Numbered from the stretch's first letter, positions 11,580-23,828 are shown. The stretch: DNA of 64,000 nucleotides from an uncultured Verrucomicrobiae bacterium (GCA_963769025.1 CAVYKI010000003.1:320001-384000); one strand, 5' to 3'. Made by a program: numbers and translations. The notes: generated from the sequence alone by a model not told the origin.

Positions 11580-13238
11580 CTTCCACGATCCGTCTACCTG
11601 CTGCGCGAGGATGCGATAGCCGGGGAACACTCCCCTGCCACCCTGTTCGAGGTAATCGGTCTCGAAATAGTATTCGCGATTCGAACTGAAGCGGAAGCGA
11701 TTCACCTCCTGCGCCTGAGGGAAATGAATCTCGACCCGCGGCTTCTTCTTGCCGCCCGGCGGCGCCTTGGATTTCCAAATCATCGTGCCGTATTGCCCGT
11801 CGTTCGCCCTCTCGACGCCGGCTCCCGGATCGGCCATCTCAGGGTCTTCCGCCAGCTTGGTGCCAGCGGACGCGAGCGCGAGATTCACTTTGAAATCCTT
11901 GGTGCCGAAGACTTCGAGTTCATCAATGAACGTGCTCGCGCGATCAAACTCGATGCGCAGCGCCTGCGTGGTCGTATTCGGAAAGACCATGTCCGTGTAG
12001 CCGCCCTTGTCCTCCTCCCAGACTCCGACGCCTTCGCGCAGGACCGCGCGCTCCTTGTTGAGCTGCGGATAAAGCCCGTTCGCACGCTCCACACGCGGAT
12101 GCTCCTTCGCCAATTCCGGGCGGCGTCCGCCGAAATCCACGCCCTGAAATACGGCCGTGAGCGAGTAGTAATCCTGAATCGAAATCAGATCGAATTTGTG
12201 ATTGTGGCAGCGTGCGCAGCTCACGGTCATGCCGAGCACGGAGGCGCCGACGGTTTGCATCATTTCATCCAGACGATCCGCGCGCGCCTGGCGGATCGCC
12301 GTCGGCTCCCGCCCCACCGTGGCCGCGGGCACATGCGGCCCGGCAACAAGAAAGCCCGTCGCTTCCCCCGCGCCCATCTGATCGCCCGCGATCTGTTCCT
12401 GGATGAAGCGATCATACGGAACGTCGTTGTTGAACGCGCGCACGACGTAGTCGCGATAGATCCATGCGTTCTTGCGGTAAAGATTCGCCTCCGAGCCATT
12501 CGATTCCGCCCAGCGGATGACATCGAGCCAGTGCTGCGCCCAGCGTTCGCCGCAGCGCGGCGAGGCGAGCAGCTCATCCACGAGCGCGGTGTAAGCTGCC
12601 CCGGCATCGGCCTTCGAGTCGGCGAGGAATTTCTCCACGCGCTCCGGCGTCGGATCGAGGCCGGTGAGAATCACGGACACGCGCCGGATCAGCGCGCGCG
12701 GATCGGCCGGCGGATTGCAGGCGAGATTCATTGCGCCGAGTTTCTCGAGAAGGAATGCATCAATCGCAGTCGCCGCGCCCGCCTGCTTCGGCACCGCGGG
12801 TCGCACGACCGGCTTCAGCGACCAAAGATCGGAGGTCACTTTCGCGACCGCCTCCATTTGCCCCGGCCACACCGCGCCCTCGGCGATCCATTGCTCCAGC
12901 AGCGCGATCTGTTCTGCGGTGAGCGGGTCGCCCTTCGGCGGCATTTTCAAATCCGGGTCGGTGCCCTTCACTGCGTCGATCAGCGCACTGCCCTTCGGAT
13001 TCCCAGGAACGATCCCCGGAAGCCCCGAGTCGCCGCCCTTCAGCATCACCGCCCGCTGATCCACACGAAACCCCGCCTTCTGCTTCTCCGGCCCGTGGCA
13101 TTTTATGCACCGCTCCTCAAAGATCGGCCGGATCTCCTTCTCGAAATCCACCGCCCGCACAGCCGGTGTGGCTAGCGCGGCGAAGGCAAGGCAGAGTGAG
13201 AACCCTATAATTATGTGTGTCGGCCTACGGTTTCCCAT
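11580..13238 (-). pseudogene. Second PSD1 protein (cytochrome c + DUF1549), truncated before DUF1553
   Basis: CIKCH, ERWAQHWLD, CARCHNHKFD; similarity ends at VDGSWKE where the sulfatase fragment begins. Confidence 0.8.
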
Positions 13239-13251
13239 GTTCGTAAATGTC
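13225..13251. repeat. Copy 2 of the 27-bp imperfect direct repeat
   Basis: Covers the FecR-LamG stop codon and the start of the second PSD1 gene. Confidence 0.75.
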
Positions 13252-14829
13252 GGCGATTTCCTTGGGGGTGAGTGCGGCGGCGAAGAGCGCGAACTCATCC
13301 ATGCTGCCATTCAGATTGCGCACGGCGAAATGCGCGTCCGTCCGGTAAACGGGCTCGCTCCAATTGCAGATAGACGCCGCCCCGATGCTGACCGTTTCGA
13401 CGAGATATTCCTCCGGGATGGTCTCCTCACTCAGCACTTTGCCGTTGAGAAAATGCGTCACCGTGCGCGCGTCCACATCATAGCTCGTGGCGATCATCAT
13501 CCACTGCCCGCTTAGCGAGGCATTCCAGAAAGGCGGCGAGAAGAAGTGGTGCTTGTCCTTCAGACGTTTCTTCCCATCCCAGCCATCACGCTTTTTCACC
13601 GAGAAAAACAGGCGCCCGTCATCCATGATCTGCCAGTGAGGCTGGTTCAGCTTGGCCCCGTCCGTGAGGAAGAGCGAATTATACCAGCGATCGAGACTGT
13701 TGATCCGCACCCAGGCAAACATCGTGACGGAGCGGTATTCGCCCGGCACATTCACGCGCACACGGCTGCCGGCCGGGCTGAAATCGAGCGCGCCGCCGGC
13801 TGTTTCCCAGCGATCCGCCACTCGCGCCGCCGCGACGATCGCACCTTCGCTCGCGCTGGCCGCGGCGCCGGTCGCGGCATTCAGGAGACGACGATTGCCT
13901 CCGTCCGCGGTCCCCATCCGATAATACGTCACCAGCCGCGGATCGTGACGGAATTTCTCGCTGTACTGTTCCCAAGCTTCGCGTCGTTCCTTGCGGGCCG
14001 CGCCGAGCTTTTCGCGCATGTCACTCATGCCGACAAATCCCGCGGCGTCCGCCACCAGCTTCGTGCCTCTGCCATCCGCACTCCACCGCAGCGCCTCGCC
14101 CTTGGCCATCCGTTGCATCGGTTCCGTACGCGGGTGCCATTCCACTTCGCCATCGAGCACATGCATCTCGGATTGCGTGGGTGAGACATTCAGCGCGAAC
14201 TCCGTGCCGAGATCCACCACTTCGCCCTCCGCTGTATGAATGCGGAAGCCGTGCGCGGGCTCGGGCACGCGGACGCGCACTTTGCCGCGCGCGACCGACA
14301 TTTCCATCGGTGAAAGTATTTCAAACTCCGCCTCACCCTCGACGATGACCGTGACGCCGCTGAACAGCTCGATCTGTGCGACACCCGACGCCAGTTGCAG
14401 CGGTCCCGAGGGCAACAGCGCGCCATCGGCGAGCGCCAGCGTGTGCTTCCAGACCGTGCCGGCCTGCCCGGCGAGCACCGCAAAGCCGCTGGCCTTCGGC
14501 TCCGCCGGAGCAGTCGCGACATTCACGGATTCGCGCCTCTGCAAAATGATGCCGACGACAATCGCCAGCGCGATGAGCACCGCCGCGATCGCAGTGAAAG
14601 CCGGAATCCATGGCCGCGCCGGAACTGGCATCGCGACGATCTTGCTCCCGTTTTCCGCCGCCGCACCCGCCTCGGTTTCCAGTGCCGCGGAAAGCGCGAG
14701 CCGGTCATAATATTCCTTCCGCGCCGCTGGATCGACGGAGAGCTCTGCCTCGAGCCGGAGAAAGTCGGCCTCGGAGATATCGCCTTCAATCAGTTCGTCG
14801 ATGAGCTGGCTGAGTTCCTTGCGATTCAT
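13225..14829 (-). CDS. FecR-like anti-sigma factor with C-terminal LamG/concanavalin-like domain
   Basis: N-terminal anti-sigma helices, one TM segment, VVDLGTEF FecR motif, C-terminal NGSMDEFALF; ATGA overlap with the sigma gene. Confidence 0.88.
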   Translation of the reverse strand: MNRKELSQLIDELIEGDISEADFLRLEAELSVDPAARKEYYDRLALSAALETEAGAAAENGSKIVAMPVPARPWIPAFTAIAAVLIALAIVVGIILQRRESVNVATAPAEPKASGFAVLAGQAGTVWKHTLALADGALLPSGPLQLASGVAQIELFSGVTVIVEGEAEFEILSPMEMSVARGKVRVRVPEPAHGFRIHTAEGEVVDLGTEFALNVSPTQSEMHVLDGEVEWHPRTEPMQRMAKGEALRWSADGRGTKLVADAAGFVGMSDMREKLGAARKERREAWEQYSEKFRHDPRLVTYYRMGTADGGNRRLLNAATGAAASASEGAIVAAARVADRWETAGGALDFSPAGSRVRVNVPGEYRSVTMFAWVRINSLDRWYNSLFLTDGAKLNQPHWQIMDDGRLFFSVKKRDGWDGKKRLKDKHHFFSPPFWNASLSGQWMMIATSYDVDARTVTHFLNGKVLSEETIPEEYLVETVSIGAASICNWSEPVYRTDAHFAVRNLNGSMDEFALFAAALTPKEIADIYEHGKP

Positions 14830-15368
14830 GAAATCCCCTCCCCGGTTTTCAGTTGTCTCTGCATGCATTCGAGCAAGGCGTTGCGGAGGCGATGCAGCGT
14901 CACCTTCAGCCCGCCCACACTGCGTCCCGCCTGCGCGGCAAAATCACTCAGCGTCCCACCCTTCGCGTAGCGATGCATCAGGAGCTCGCGATCCTGCGCG
15001 CGCAGTTTTCCCAGGCAGCGCTGCAGCGCCTCATGCTGATTCTCCGCGCCCTCGTCCCGCTCCGCGAATTCCTCCGCGAATGTCTCCTCCAGTTCCTCGC
15101 TGAAAATCAGCCGCGAATCCCGCGCCTGCCGCTTGCGATAGTTGAGCACCTCGTAGCGCGCGACGCTGAAGGCCCACGCCTTGAAATTCGTGCCCAACTC
15201 GAAGTCGTCCCGCTTTTGCCACAGCGTCGCATTCGCCTGCTGCGCCACGTCCTTCGCCGCCGCATCGCCGGGCAGCAATGACTGCACATACAGCCGCAAC
15301 GGCATCTGGATGCCGGTCAGGAGCGTGACGAATGCGCTCTCATTCGGATTGTCGCTGGGAGGTTGCAC
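14826..15368 (-). CDS. ECF sigma-70 factor (Rhodopirellula/Verrucomicrobium type)
   Basis: DVAQQAN..LWQK..FELGTNFKAWAFSVAR (region 2) and C-terminal HTH VTLHRLR; probable GTG start at 15368. Confidence 0.9.
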   Translation of the reverse strand: MQPPSDNPNESAFVTLLTGIQMPLRLYVQSLLPGDAAAKDVAQQANATLWQKRDDFELGTNFKAWAFSVARYEVLNYRKRQARDSRLIFSEELEETFAEEFAERDEGAENQHEALQRCLGKLRAQDRELLMHRYAKGGTLSDFAAQAGRSVGGLKVTLHRLRNALLECMQRQLKTGEGIS

Positions 15369-15543
15369 GAAAGGAAATGCCGATGGTCGGCGAAAGGTTA
15401 ACAGGATCTTCCGCGCCCACAAACCGGCGGAGGGGCGCATGCGCAGTGCAGTGGCCGGGTGCAACGATGAAAGTCTCGCGCGAGCCGGGGAAAATGGGTG
15501 TGAATGGCGTCCTTTCCTGAACTGACGCCCCCATCACTTTCCC

Positions 15544-18500
15544 ATGAAGCTCTCCCTCCTCCTCGGTTACTTCGCCGCGGTCGCATCTGCCGCCGATTTT
15601 CCAGCGCCTTACAACAGCGAAAAGGGAACCCTGCCATTCACCACCCCGACGGAGGCGCTCGCGGCGCTGAAAATGCCCGAGGGTTTCCACGCGACTCTTT
15701 TTGCAAGCGAGCCCGATGTGCAGAATCCCATCGCGATGGCGTGGGACCGACGCGGGCGCATGTGGGTCGCGGAGAATTACACCTACGCGGAGCGGCCCAC
15801 GCGTTTCGACCTCGCGCTGCGCGATCGCGTGATCATCCTCGAGGACAAGGACGGCGACGGCCACGCAGAGTCGCGCAAGGTGTTCACCGATGATGTGCAG
15901 ATGCTCACGAGCGTCGAGGTCGGCCGCGGCGGCGTGTGGTTGATGTGTCCGCCGCAGTTGCTCTTCATTCCCGATCGCGATGGCGACGATGTGCCGGACG
16001 GCCCGCCGCAGGTGGTGCTCGATGGATTCACGGTCGCCCAGGACAACTACCACAACTACGCCAACGGCCTGCGCTGGGGGCCGGACGGCTGGCTCTACGG
16101 GCGCTGCGGCCATTCATGCCCCGGGCGGCTCGGCGTGCCCGGCACGCCCGACGCGCAGCGCGTGCCGATCAAGGGCGGCGTGTGGCGTTTTCATCCGGAG
16201 CGGAAAGTCGTGGAGGTGCTCACGCACGGGACGACGAATCCGTGGGGCCACGATTGGGACAGACACGGCGAGGGGTTTTTCATCAACACCGTCACCGGCC
16301 ACCTCTGGCATCTCATCCCCGGCGCGCATCTCGTGGACTCGAATCCTTCCCCGAACCCCGGCGTCTACGAGCGGATCGACACGATCGCGGATCACTGGCA
16401 CTTCGACAAGGCGGGCGGACGCAAGGCGCTGAGCGATGCCACGGCGGACTCGCTCGGCGGCGGCCACGCGCACATCGGCATGATGATCTATCAGGCGAGC
16501 CAATGGCCCGCGTCATATCCGGGACAGGCTGTTCACGCTGAACATGCACGGCCGTCGCGCGAACGTGGATCGCCTCGAACGCCACGGCAGCGGCTACGTC
16601 GGACGCCATGAGCCGGATGTTTTCATCTCGGGCGATCCGTGGTTCCGCGGCTTGGAGATCAGCACCGGGCCGGATGGCAGCGGCTACATTCTCGACTGGA
16701 GCGACATCGGCGAATGTCACGAATCCACCGGCGTCCACCGCACCAGCGGGCGCATTTTCAAGATCACCCACGGCGCTCCGCAACGCGTGGGCCTCGACGA
16801 TCTCGCCACTTTCACGACAGAGGGCGCCGAGCGCCTGCTGCGAAATCCGAACGTTTGGTTTGAGCGCCAGTGCCGGGAGCGGATCGCGGATGGCGAAAAG
16901 CCCGCCGGTCTCACGGCGATGCTCACGCGCCTGCTGGACGAGAAAAGCGATCCCGTGGTGCGGCTCCGCGCGCTGTGGAGCCTGAACCTCGCGGGCGGAC
17001 TCACCCGTGAACGGCTGCAGGCGTTGCTGCGCGAAAAGGACGAGCACCTGCGCGTGTGGGCCATCCGCCTGCTCGCGGACCGCTGGCCGATGGACGCCAT
17101 CACCGGACCGATGCCGGGCGCGACTCACGTCACGGATGACGCGCTGCTTCGGGAATTCGAGACACTGGCGGGCAACGATCCCTCGGGCCTCGTGCGGCTG
17201 ACGCTGGCGAGCACGTTGCAAAGACTGCCTGTGCCGCGCCGCGCTGCGATTGCGGCGACGCTCGTCGCTCGGAAAGAGGATGCCGACGATGCGCATCTTC
17301 CCCCGCTGGTGTGGTACGGACTCATTCCGGTCGCCGACGCGAATCCCATGGCGCTGGCCGGAGTCGCGCGTGTCTGCGAGTGGCCTGCGACGCTGAAATG
17401 GATCGCGCGCAATCTCGCATCGCGCATGGAAACGGACGCCGCTCCGCTGAACGCACTGCTGTCGCATGCGCGGCCCGGTCAGGGTGCCGCGATTCTCGCC
17501 GGCATCGGCGAGGCGGTGCGTGGCTGGCGCAAGGCGCCGAAACCGCAGTCGTGGGATCGTTTCGCAGCCGGGCTCGCGTCGCAGAGCCACGACGCAATGC
17601 TGCGGGATCTCAGCGTGGTATTTGGAGACGGACGTGCGCTCGACGCGGTGAAGGCCATCGCGATGGACGGGAAGGCGGACATTTCCGCACGGCAGTCTGC
17701 GCTGAAAGCGCTCATCGAAAGCCGACCGACCGACCTGCGTGCCATCTGCGAGTCGCTCCTCGACGTGCGTGTCCTGAATGGCACTGCCGCGCGCGGCCTT
17801 GCGCTGTTCGACGACCCGCAAATCGGTGCAAAGCTCGCCGACAGCTACCGCAAATTCGCGCCGGCGGACCGCCCAGCCGTGATGGAGATACTCGTCTCGC
17901 GCGCCACGTTCGCGAAGCCGCTGCTCGACCAGATCGCCGCCGCCAAAATCCCGCGAACCGAGCTCACGGCGTTTCATGCACGGCAAATCCGCGCCCTGAA
18001 CGCGCCAGCACTCACGCGGCAGCTCGCCGATGTTTGGGGCGAACTTCGCGATTCACCCGCCGACAAGCAAAAGCTCATCGCCGATCTCAAGGGCACGCTC
18101 ACCACCGTCGCCCTCGCCAAAGCCGACCTCGCCGCAGGCCGTGCGGCGTTTCAAACCCTCTGCGGCGCGTGCCACACGATGTACGGCAACGGCGGCAAAA
18201 TCGGCCCCGATCTCACGGGCTCCGGCCGAGCAAATCTCGATTATCTCCTGGAGAACATTGTCGATCCCAGCGCCGTCGTGAGTGCCGACTACCGCATGAG
18301 CACCGTCACACTCAAGGATGGCCGCGTGCTCCTCGGCATCGTCGCCGCACAGACGGATCGCACGCTCACCCTGCGCCTGCTGACCGAGGAGACCACCTTG
18401 GAAAAGAAGGACATCGCCAGCCAGGAAGCGTCCGCCGTCTCCATGATGCCAGAGGGCCAGTTGCTCGCACTCACACCGGATCAGGTGCGCGATATGGTCG

Positions 18501-18550
18501 CCTATCTCATGCACCCCGCGCAGGTCCCTCTTCCCCCTGCGCAAAAGTGA
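15544..18550 (+). CDS. PVC-type haem-binding CxxCH protein (membrane-bound dehydrogenase-like propeller + HEAT repeats + cytochrome c); one frameshift at ~16520
   Basis: LFASEPDVQNPIAMAWD, WGPDGWLYG, TNPWG, C-terminal CGACH..IGPDL..SMMPEG; two ORFs join across one indel. Confidence 0.9.
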
Positions 18551-18653
18551 TCCCGGCGCGCGGACGCTGGGAAGACTGCGGCCAAACCCTGCGCAAAACG
18601 GATTCCAGACACGCCCCACAGTTGCCGGGCAACGATGTGTCGCTGCTGCCGAC

Positions 18654-21600
18654 TCACTCCCCCTGAAGCGCGAACCAGGCCTTCATCTGGTAGCTACAAT
18701 GGCATTTCGATGAGCCGTCGGGCACGAGCACGAGGCCGGCGGCGGGGATGGCGTTGATCCAGCAGCTCGGGCGGATGCCGCCAAAATTCTCCGTGCCTTC
18801 CGTGCGGGAGAGATCGATGTAGCCGAGCGTGGCGGACCGGAAGAGCATGAGGTTGCGGCTCGCGGAAATCTGGCCGCAGCCGTAGGAGCGCTTGAATTCC
18901 CACGCGAGTGGAGCGCCGGTCGTGAGATCCCACGCTCCGCCTTGCGCGTAGATCTTGTCGTCGTTGATCAGCGGGCGCGTTTCATACTTCACCTGTTGGT
19001 CCCATACTTTTGCCCCGGTGCGGATGTCGAATCCGCCGAGACGCCCGCCGACTTCCGATGGCAGCTCGAAGAAATTATGGCGCACTGCCTTGTAGTTCAT
19101 CAGCAGCGTGTGGTGCTTCGCGCTGACGGCGATCTGTGTGCCCCAGATCTCGGTGTCGTTTTTCCACACGGTCTTGCCGGTCGCGACATCGAGCGCGAGC
19201 AGCGTGCCGCTGGGCACGGCTTCCGGCTTGAGCTTGGGCGCGGATTTTCCGTCCCGCTTGGGATTGGACACATGGTCCGCATCCACGAGCGGGCGGTCGA
19301 TCAGGTAAACGCGCTCAGCGGCGATGGCCACGGAGTTGTGGCGGATCGAACCCTTGGGCTGGTATTCCCATTTCACCGCGCCGGTGTCCGGGTTCATCGC
19401 GAAGAACGAAACCGACTCGGTGCGCAGGTTCGTGAGCTGGTAACGCGGACTCACATTGTGATCCTGGTTTTCCACCGAGCCAAAAAGTACGCCGTTCTCC
19501 CACGCGAGGTATCCCCAGTTGCGATTGTCGGCGTTGGCTGCGACGGGCGTGGCGAATTCTCCGCGCAGCTTCCCGGTGACGAGATCGATCCGCAGGCAGC
19601 GAGGGCCGCTCTTCACGTAGACCGAATCGCCGCCGATGCAGAACGGTCCGCCGGTGTCGCCGATGCCGACGTCGTGGTGGATGCCGTCGTAGTCGCCGAG
19701 CAATTCCTTGAGTTCGAATTCCCAAAGTTTGCGTCCGTTGTAGGCGTCGAGGCAGCACAGCCCGTTGACTCCGCTGACAACCATGAGGCCCTGCGAAACG
19801 AGCGGCGCGGGGCCCTGCCCGTGACGATTGGCCACCTCGAAGTCCACATCGCGGAACCAGAACATCGAGAGCTGGCCCTTGATGACCTCGTCGTCGGAGC
19901 AGAGCGTGTTGGCGGCATTCGAGTTTTGATGGGTCCAATTGCCAGTGCCCGCGGGTGCGCCGGCTTTCTCCACGACGATTCTGCCCGACTGCCTCTGACA
20001 AAGCGCACCCGTGTAAGGGCGGCGCAGGCGTCGCATCTCGGCTTGCATCTTTTCCCCGGTGCCGTCGCTGGGAGCGATAACGAGATTTGCGAATTGTTTT
20101 GGAAACGCCGTCGCATCCAGCGCTGCGATGTGGACGGTGATGCGCGAGCCGTAGAGCCCAGCCGCAGCGACGCGCTGGCGTGCTTCCGCTCCGCGTGCGG
20201 GATCGGATTCCACGGCGAGAATGTGCAGCTCCGACTGGCGCGCGAGCGCGAGCGCGAGGTCGCCATCTCCCGCGCCGAACTGCACCGCGTAGCCAGCGCT
20301 CACTCCGCTCGCCGCGAGAATCGCCGCGGCTTCAGCTTCTGCGGCGCCATTGGCGGGCGCAGCGGATGCGGCAGGTGCAGCGACGATCGGATGCGGACTC
20401 GGGTTGCCGTCGAAAAGATAAACCACGCCGCGATCCGTGGTGGCCACGACGCGGCCATTGCCCGCGGCAATGCCGAGCACGCGTCCGTCCACGGCGTGCT
20501 TCCACCACTGCGTGCGTTGGCCGCCGTAATCGATCGCGCAGATTTGCCCGTCGCCGCCGACTACGGCTTCGCTCCCGGCGATGATGAACTCGGTGATTTC
20601 GCGATCCACCGGTGCGATCTTGTCCTGCTCCAGCGTGCGCACTTTCTGCGGCTGGCCTTTGCGATCGATCTTCTCGATGTCGCGCCAGCGGTAGCTCGCC
20701 AGCGAGCGGCCTTCCGCGCGCACGAGTCCGCCCGGCACTGCCACGGTGGAGCCCATGCCGAGTTGCGATGCCTGCTCGCCTGTGGCGACATCGAAGAGAA
20801 CGCCGGAGTTCAGGAAAAACGCGTCGGTCACCACCACGCGCGTGCCGCCGCGCTGCTGGTTCTTTTGCAGATTGTAGTAGCGCAATTTTCCATCGGCACG
20901 GTCGAACACAGCGGGCACCGCACGTCCGGTGGGCACGATGAGCGCGTCGTTCGTTGCGAGCAGGTAACCCTGCGGCGAGACGCCGCTGAGCGCTTCCGCG
21001 CCGCCGTGCGGCTGCTTCATCAGCATGCGCCCGGTCTCGCTGTTGGACCAAAGCGGCCGTCCAGTCGCCGCATCAAGCGCGTGGACGAAAACCCCGTCGC
21101 TCGGCCAGATGCCGCCGGCGAAATACACCGCATCTTCCCGGACCACCGGGCCTCCGCGCGCGGGCCAGTGCGAGATCATCCGCTCATTGCCGAGGACGCG
21201 GCCCGGCCCCGGCCCTGCGCGGTGTTTCCAAAGTACCGCGCCATCGGTGAGCGCTAGCGCGTAGATCCAGCCGTCGTCGCTGGCGACGAAGACGCGATCC
21301 TTCCACGCAGCGGGCGCAAAGCGGATCGGCCCTTCGCTGAAAAAGCGCCAGCGGATCGCGCCCGTCATCGCGTCGAGCGCATAGACCTGATCGTCCGCGG
21401 AACTTCCAAACAGCACGAGGTCGCCGACGATCATGGGTTGGAACACGAGGTCGAAATCGATGCGCTCCGAGGTGGGCCATGCGGGCTTCGGTCCCTGCCC
21501 GGTGTGAAATTTCCACCGCAGGCGCAGCTGATTCGGAATCGTCTCCGACGTGTAGCCGCTGCGCGAAGCATCGCCGCGATAGGTGGGCCAGTCCGCTGCG

Positions 21601-21668
21601 GGCGCGGAGTCCGGGCTCATCGTGAGCAGCAAGGCTGCGACGAAAGGGAGGGAGCGAAAGGTCTTCAT
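18654..21668 (-). CDS. Secreted PQQ/BamB-like beta-propeller protein with a central methyltransferase-like fold (paralogue 1)
   Basis: DWPTYRGD N-terminus, repeated LDAxTGxxxW blades, VQFGAGDG, C-terminal RSYGC..RPSCW..CHCSY. Confidence 0.85.
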   Translation of the reverse strand: MKTFRSLPFVAALLLTMSPDSAPAADWPTYRGDASRSGYTSETIPNQLRLRWKFHTGQGPKPAWPTSERIDFDLVFQPMIVGDLVLFGSSADDQVYALDAMTGAIRWRFFSEGPIRFAPAAWKDRVFVASDDGWIYALALTDGAVLWKHRAGPGPGRVLGNERMISHWPARGGPVVREDAVYFAGGIWPSDGVFVHALDAATGRPLWSNSETGRMLMKQPHGGAEALSGVSPQGYLLATNDALIVPTGRAVPAVFDRADGKLRYYNLQKNQQRGGTRVVVTDAFFLNSGVLFDVATGEQASQLGMGSTVAVPGGLVRAEGRSLASYRWRDIEKIDRKGQPQKVRTLEQDKIAPVDREITEFIIAGSEAVVGGDGQICAIDYGGQRTQWWKHAVDGRVLGIAAGNGRVVATTDRGVVYLFDGNPSPHPIVAAPAASAAPANGAAEAEAAAILAASGVSAGYAVQFGAGDGDLALALARQSELHILAVESDPARGAEARQRVAAAGLYGSRITVHIAALDATAFPKQFANLVIAPSDGTGEKMQAEMRRLRRPYTGALCQRQSGRIVVEKAGAPAGTGNWTHQNSNAANTLCSDDEVIKGQLSMFWFRDVDFEVANRHGQGPAPLVSQGLMVVSGVNGLCCLDAYNGRKLWEFELKELLGDYDGIHHDVGIGDTGGPFCIGGDSVYVKSGPRCLRIDLVTGKLRGEFATPVAANADNRNWGYLAWENGVLFGSVENQDHNVSPRYQLTNLRTESVSFFAMNPDTGAVKWEYQPKGSIRHNSVAIAAERVYLIDRPLVDADHVSNPKRDGKSAPKLKPEAVPSGTLLALDVATGKTVWKNDTEIWGTQIAVSAKHHTLLMNYKAVRHNFFELPSEVGGRLGGFDIRTGAKVWDQQVKYETRPLINDDKIYAQGGAWDLTTGAPLAWEFKRSYGCGQISASRNLMLFRSATLGYIDLSRTEGTENFGGIRPSCWINAIPAAGLVLVPDGSSKCHCSYQMKAWFALQGE

Positions 21669-21727
21669 AGATTTGCTGGTTAGGGCCGCGGATCGATCGA
21701 GCGGAATCGTGGTCTGAATCGCAACGT

Positions 21728-23828
21728 TCACTTCATTCCATCCGAAGCACCCCACGGATCGATGCTCCGCAATTTCTTCGATTCCAGCTCCGCGTAGCAG
21801 TCGGGCAGGTCGAAGCGCTCCAGCACATGCGGCAGCATGACGGCATAGGGCCACTTGTGGTCTTCGTTTTCGATCAAGCCGCCGAATGAGGTCAGCGCAT
21901 TCTTGAGCGTCACCTGGTTCACCCGTTCGCTGAGCAGGGCCGCGAAAGCAGCGGGCAGCGCACCCCAGCCAACGCCCGCGAGATGCACCTCGCGATGTCC
22001 CGCGGCGAGAAGGAGCTGGATGACGCGCAGCACGTCGAACGTGCGCTGGCCGAGCAACGGGCGGTCGAGCATCAGGCCGTGTGCGGCGTAGAAGTAGTGG
22101 TTGCCGTAGGGCTTCAGGAATTGATCCGCGCCGCAGGTATTCGGCTGCGAGTCGCCGATGCCGCGCACGTCGCAGGCGTAAAAGGCGGCCTCGGGTGAGG
22201 CGGCGATCAGCTCCTTGACGAGCGGCTCGTCGCGCAGTTCGGCGTCGGCGGAGCGGTGCGAGATGTAGAGCACGGCCTGCTTCGCGTCACCGGGAAGGCG
22301 CGACGTGAGCGCGTCGTCGTGCAGCCGGGTGAGCAGCGCGTGAATGCGCGGCTCGGTCTCCACGGCGTAGGCGCAGTAGGCCTTGGCGGGATATTTTCGC
22401 GCGCCGACGCTGCGGAGGATGCGGTAATCCGGCGGCGTCGCGCCGATGGCCGGCATTATCAGCAAATCGCGCGCGGCCTGCTTCAGCGCATCGCCGCGCA
22501 GGGCGGTGCGCTTCCTCGCAAGCGCCTCTGCCGTCTCGCGCGTGAAGGACATGAGCGTGCGCGATTTCAAATCCGCGACCTGCCCGCCCGGAGCGCACCA
22601 GAGGACTTCGTCTTTCTCGACCGTCAGCGCCGGGCTCGCGTCTTTGCATCCGAGACGCCGGTGACCTTGTTGAAGAAGCGGTACATCGCCTCACGATTCG
22701 CCTGCGTGTAGCCGTGCGGATCGGGGCCGATGTGGAGTTGGATGTTCTCCGGCTTGCCGAGCAGCGTGTAGAGCGGCTTCAGCCGTTCGTAGGTCTCCGC
22801 CGAGCCGCGCGCGTCGAAGAAATCCTTTTCCTGCGCGAGGATGATCACGGGCTTCGGCGCCATCGCGGCGAGGAAATCCGAGTGATCCAATCCGAGCGCG
22901 AGCACGCGGGGCGGGCACTGCTCGGTGTCGGCGGGCAGTTCGTTCTCGGCGTTGCGGCGGAAGGTCGTCACGAAACACGCGGGCGCGGCCATCGTGAAGC
23001 GCGGCTCCATTCCGCAAAGCCATGTGGTCTGCGTGCCGCCGCCGGAGTTGCCCGTCACGCCGACGTGCTGCGGATCGACCTCCGGGCGCGTGAGCAGGTA
23101 GTCGAGCGCGCGGATCGCGTCCCACGCAAACCACGTGCCGAGGAACTCACCGACCAGCGCCTGGTTGTTGCCCATCTGGATGTGCTCCGCGACTCCGCCG
23201 CCGAGGCGCGACTTGTGCCCGTCGGTGAGGAACTGGAAGCGTTCGCCCTGCCCGACCGGATCGATGATGAAACACACGTAGCCCAGCCGCGCGAGGTTCT
23301 GCGCGAAGCCTGATACGCCTCCGCCGCCTTGCCATTCAGCGAATGTCCGCACACGCCGATCACGCCGGGCATCGGCTGCTTCCTTCCGGCGGGCACGTAG
23401 AGATTTCCCGTGACCAGGTAGTTCGGCCGGCTCTCGAAGATGACGTTCTCGATCCGATACCCTTCGCGCTCCACCGTGCGCGTCACCTTCGCATTGAGCG
23501 GCGTCTTTTCCGGCAGCGGACCGAATGCCTGACGGATGCGCTCCTGCGCGGACTTCACGTAGGCCTCCGCGTCCGCCTTCGTCTTCACCGCGTTGCGCAA
23601 CGCATCGCCACGCGCCTCGGCCGCGCGCACCTGATCGATCAGCCAGTCCTGCATCATGCGCGGGAAACGATTGAGCGGCGGCAGAACGGCAGCACCGGTG
23701 ACGGGGTTCGTTTGAGCCGCCGCGGTGCCGGTCCCCGAAAGCATCGCACTCGCGAATGGCCACGCCATGAGGCCAAGGCCGGCTGTCTGGAGAAAATGAC
23801 GACGGCAGGAATGAAGGCCTGAGTTCAT
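21728..23828 (-). CDS. Tat-exported double alpha/beta-hydrolase (acetylxylan esterase-like); frameshifts at ~23305 and ~22650
   Basis: RRHFL Tat signal, FESRP, CGHS, GVTGNSGGG nucleophile elbow, second domain DVRGIG; three ORFs are collinear. Confidence 0.85.

Noticed and set aside
11430..13310. 626-aa ORF as a complete protein
   Set aside because: The tail after GSWKE is out-of-frame sulfatase DNA and the head overlaps the FecR gene
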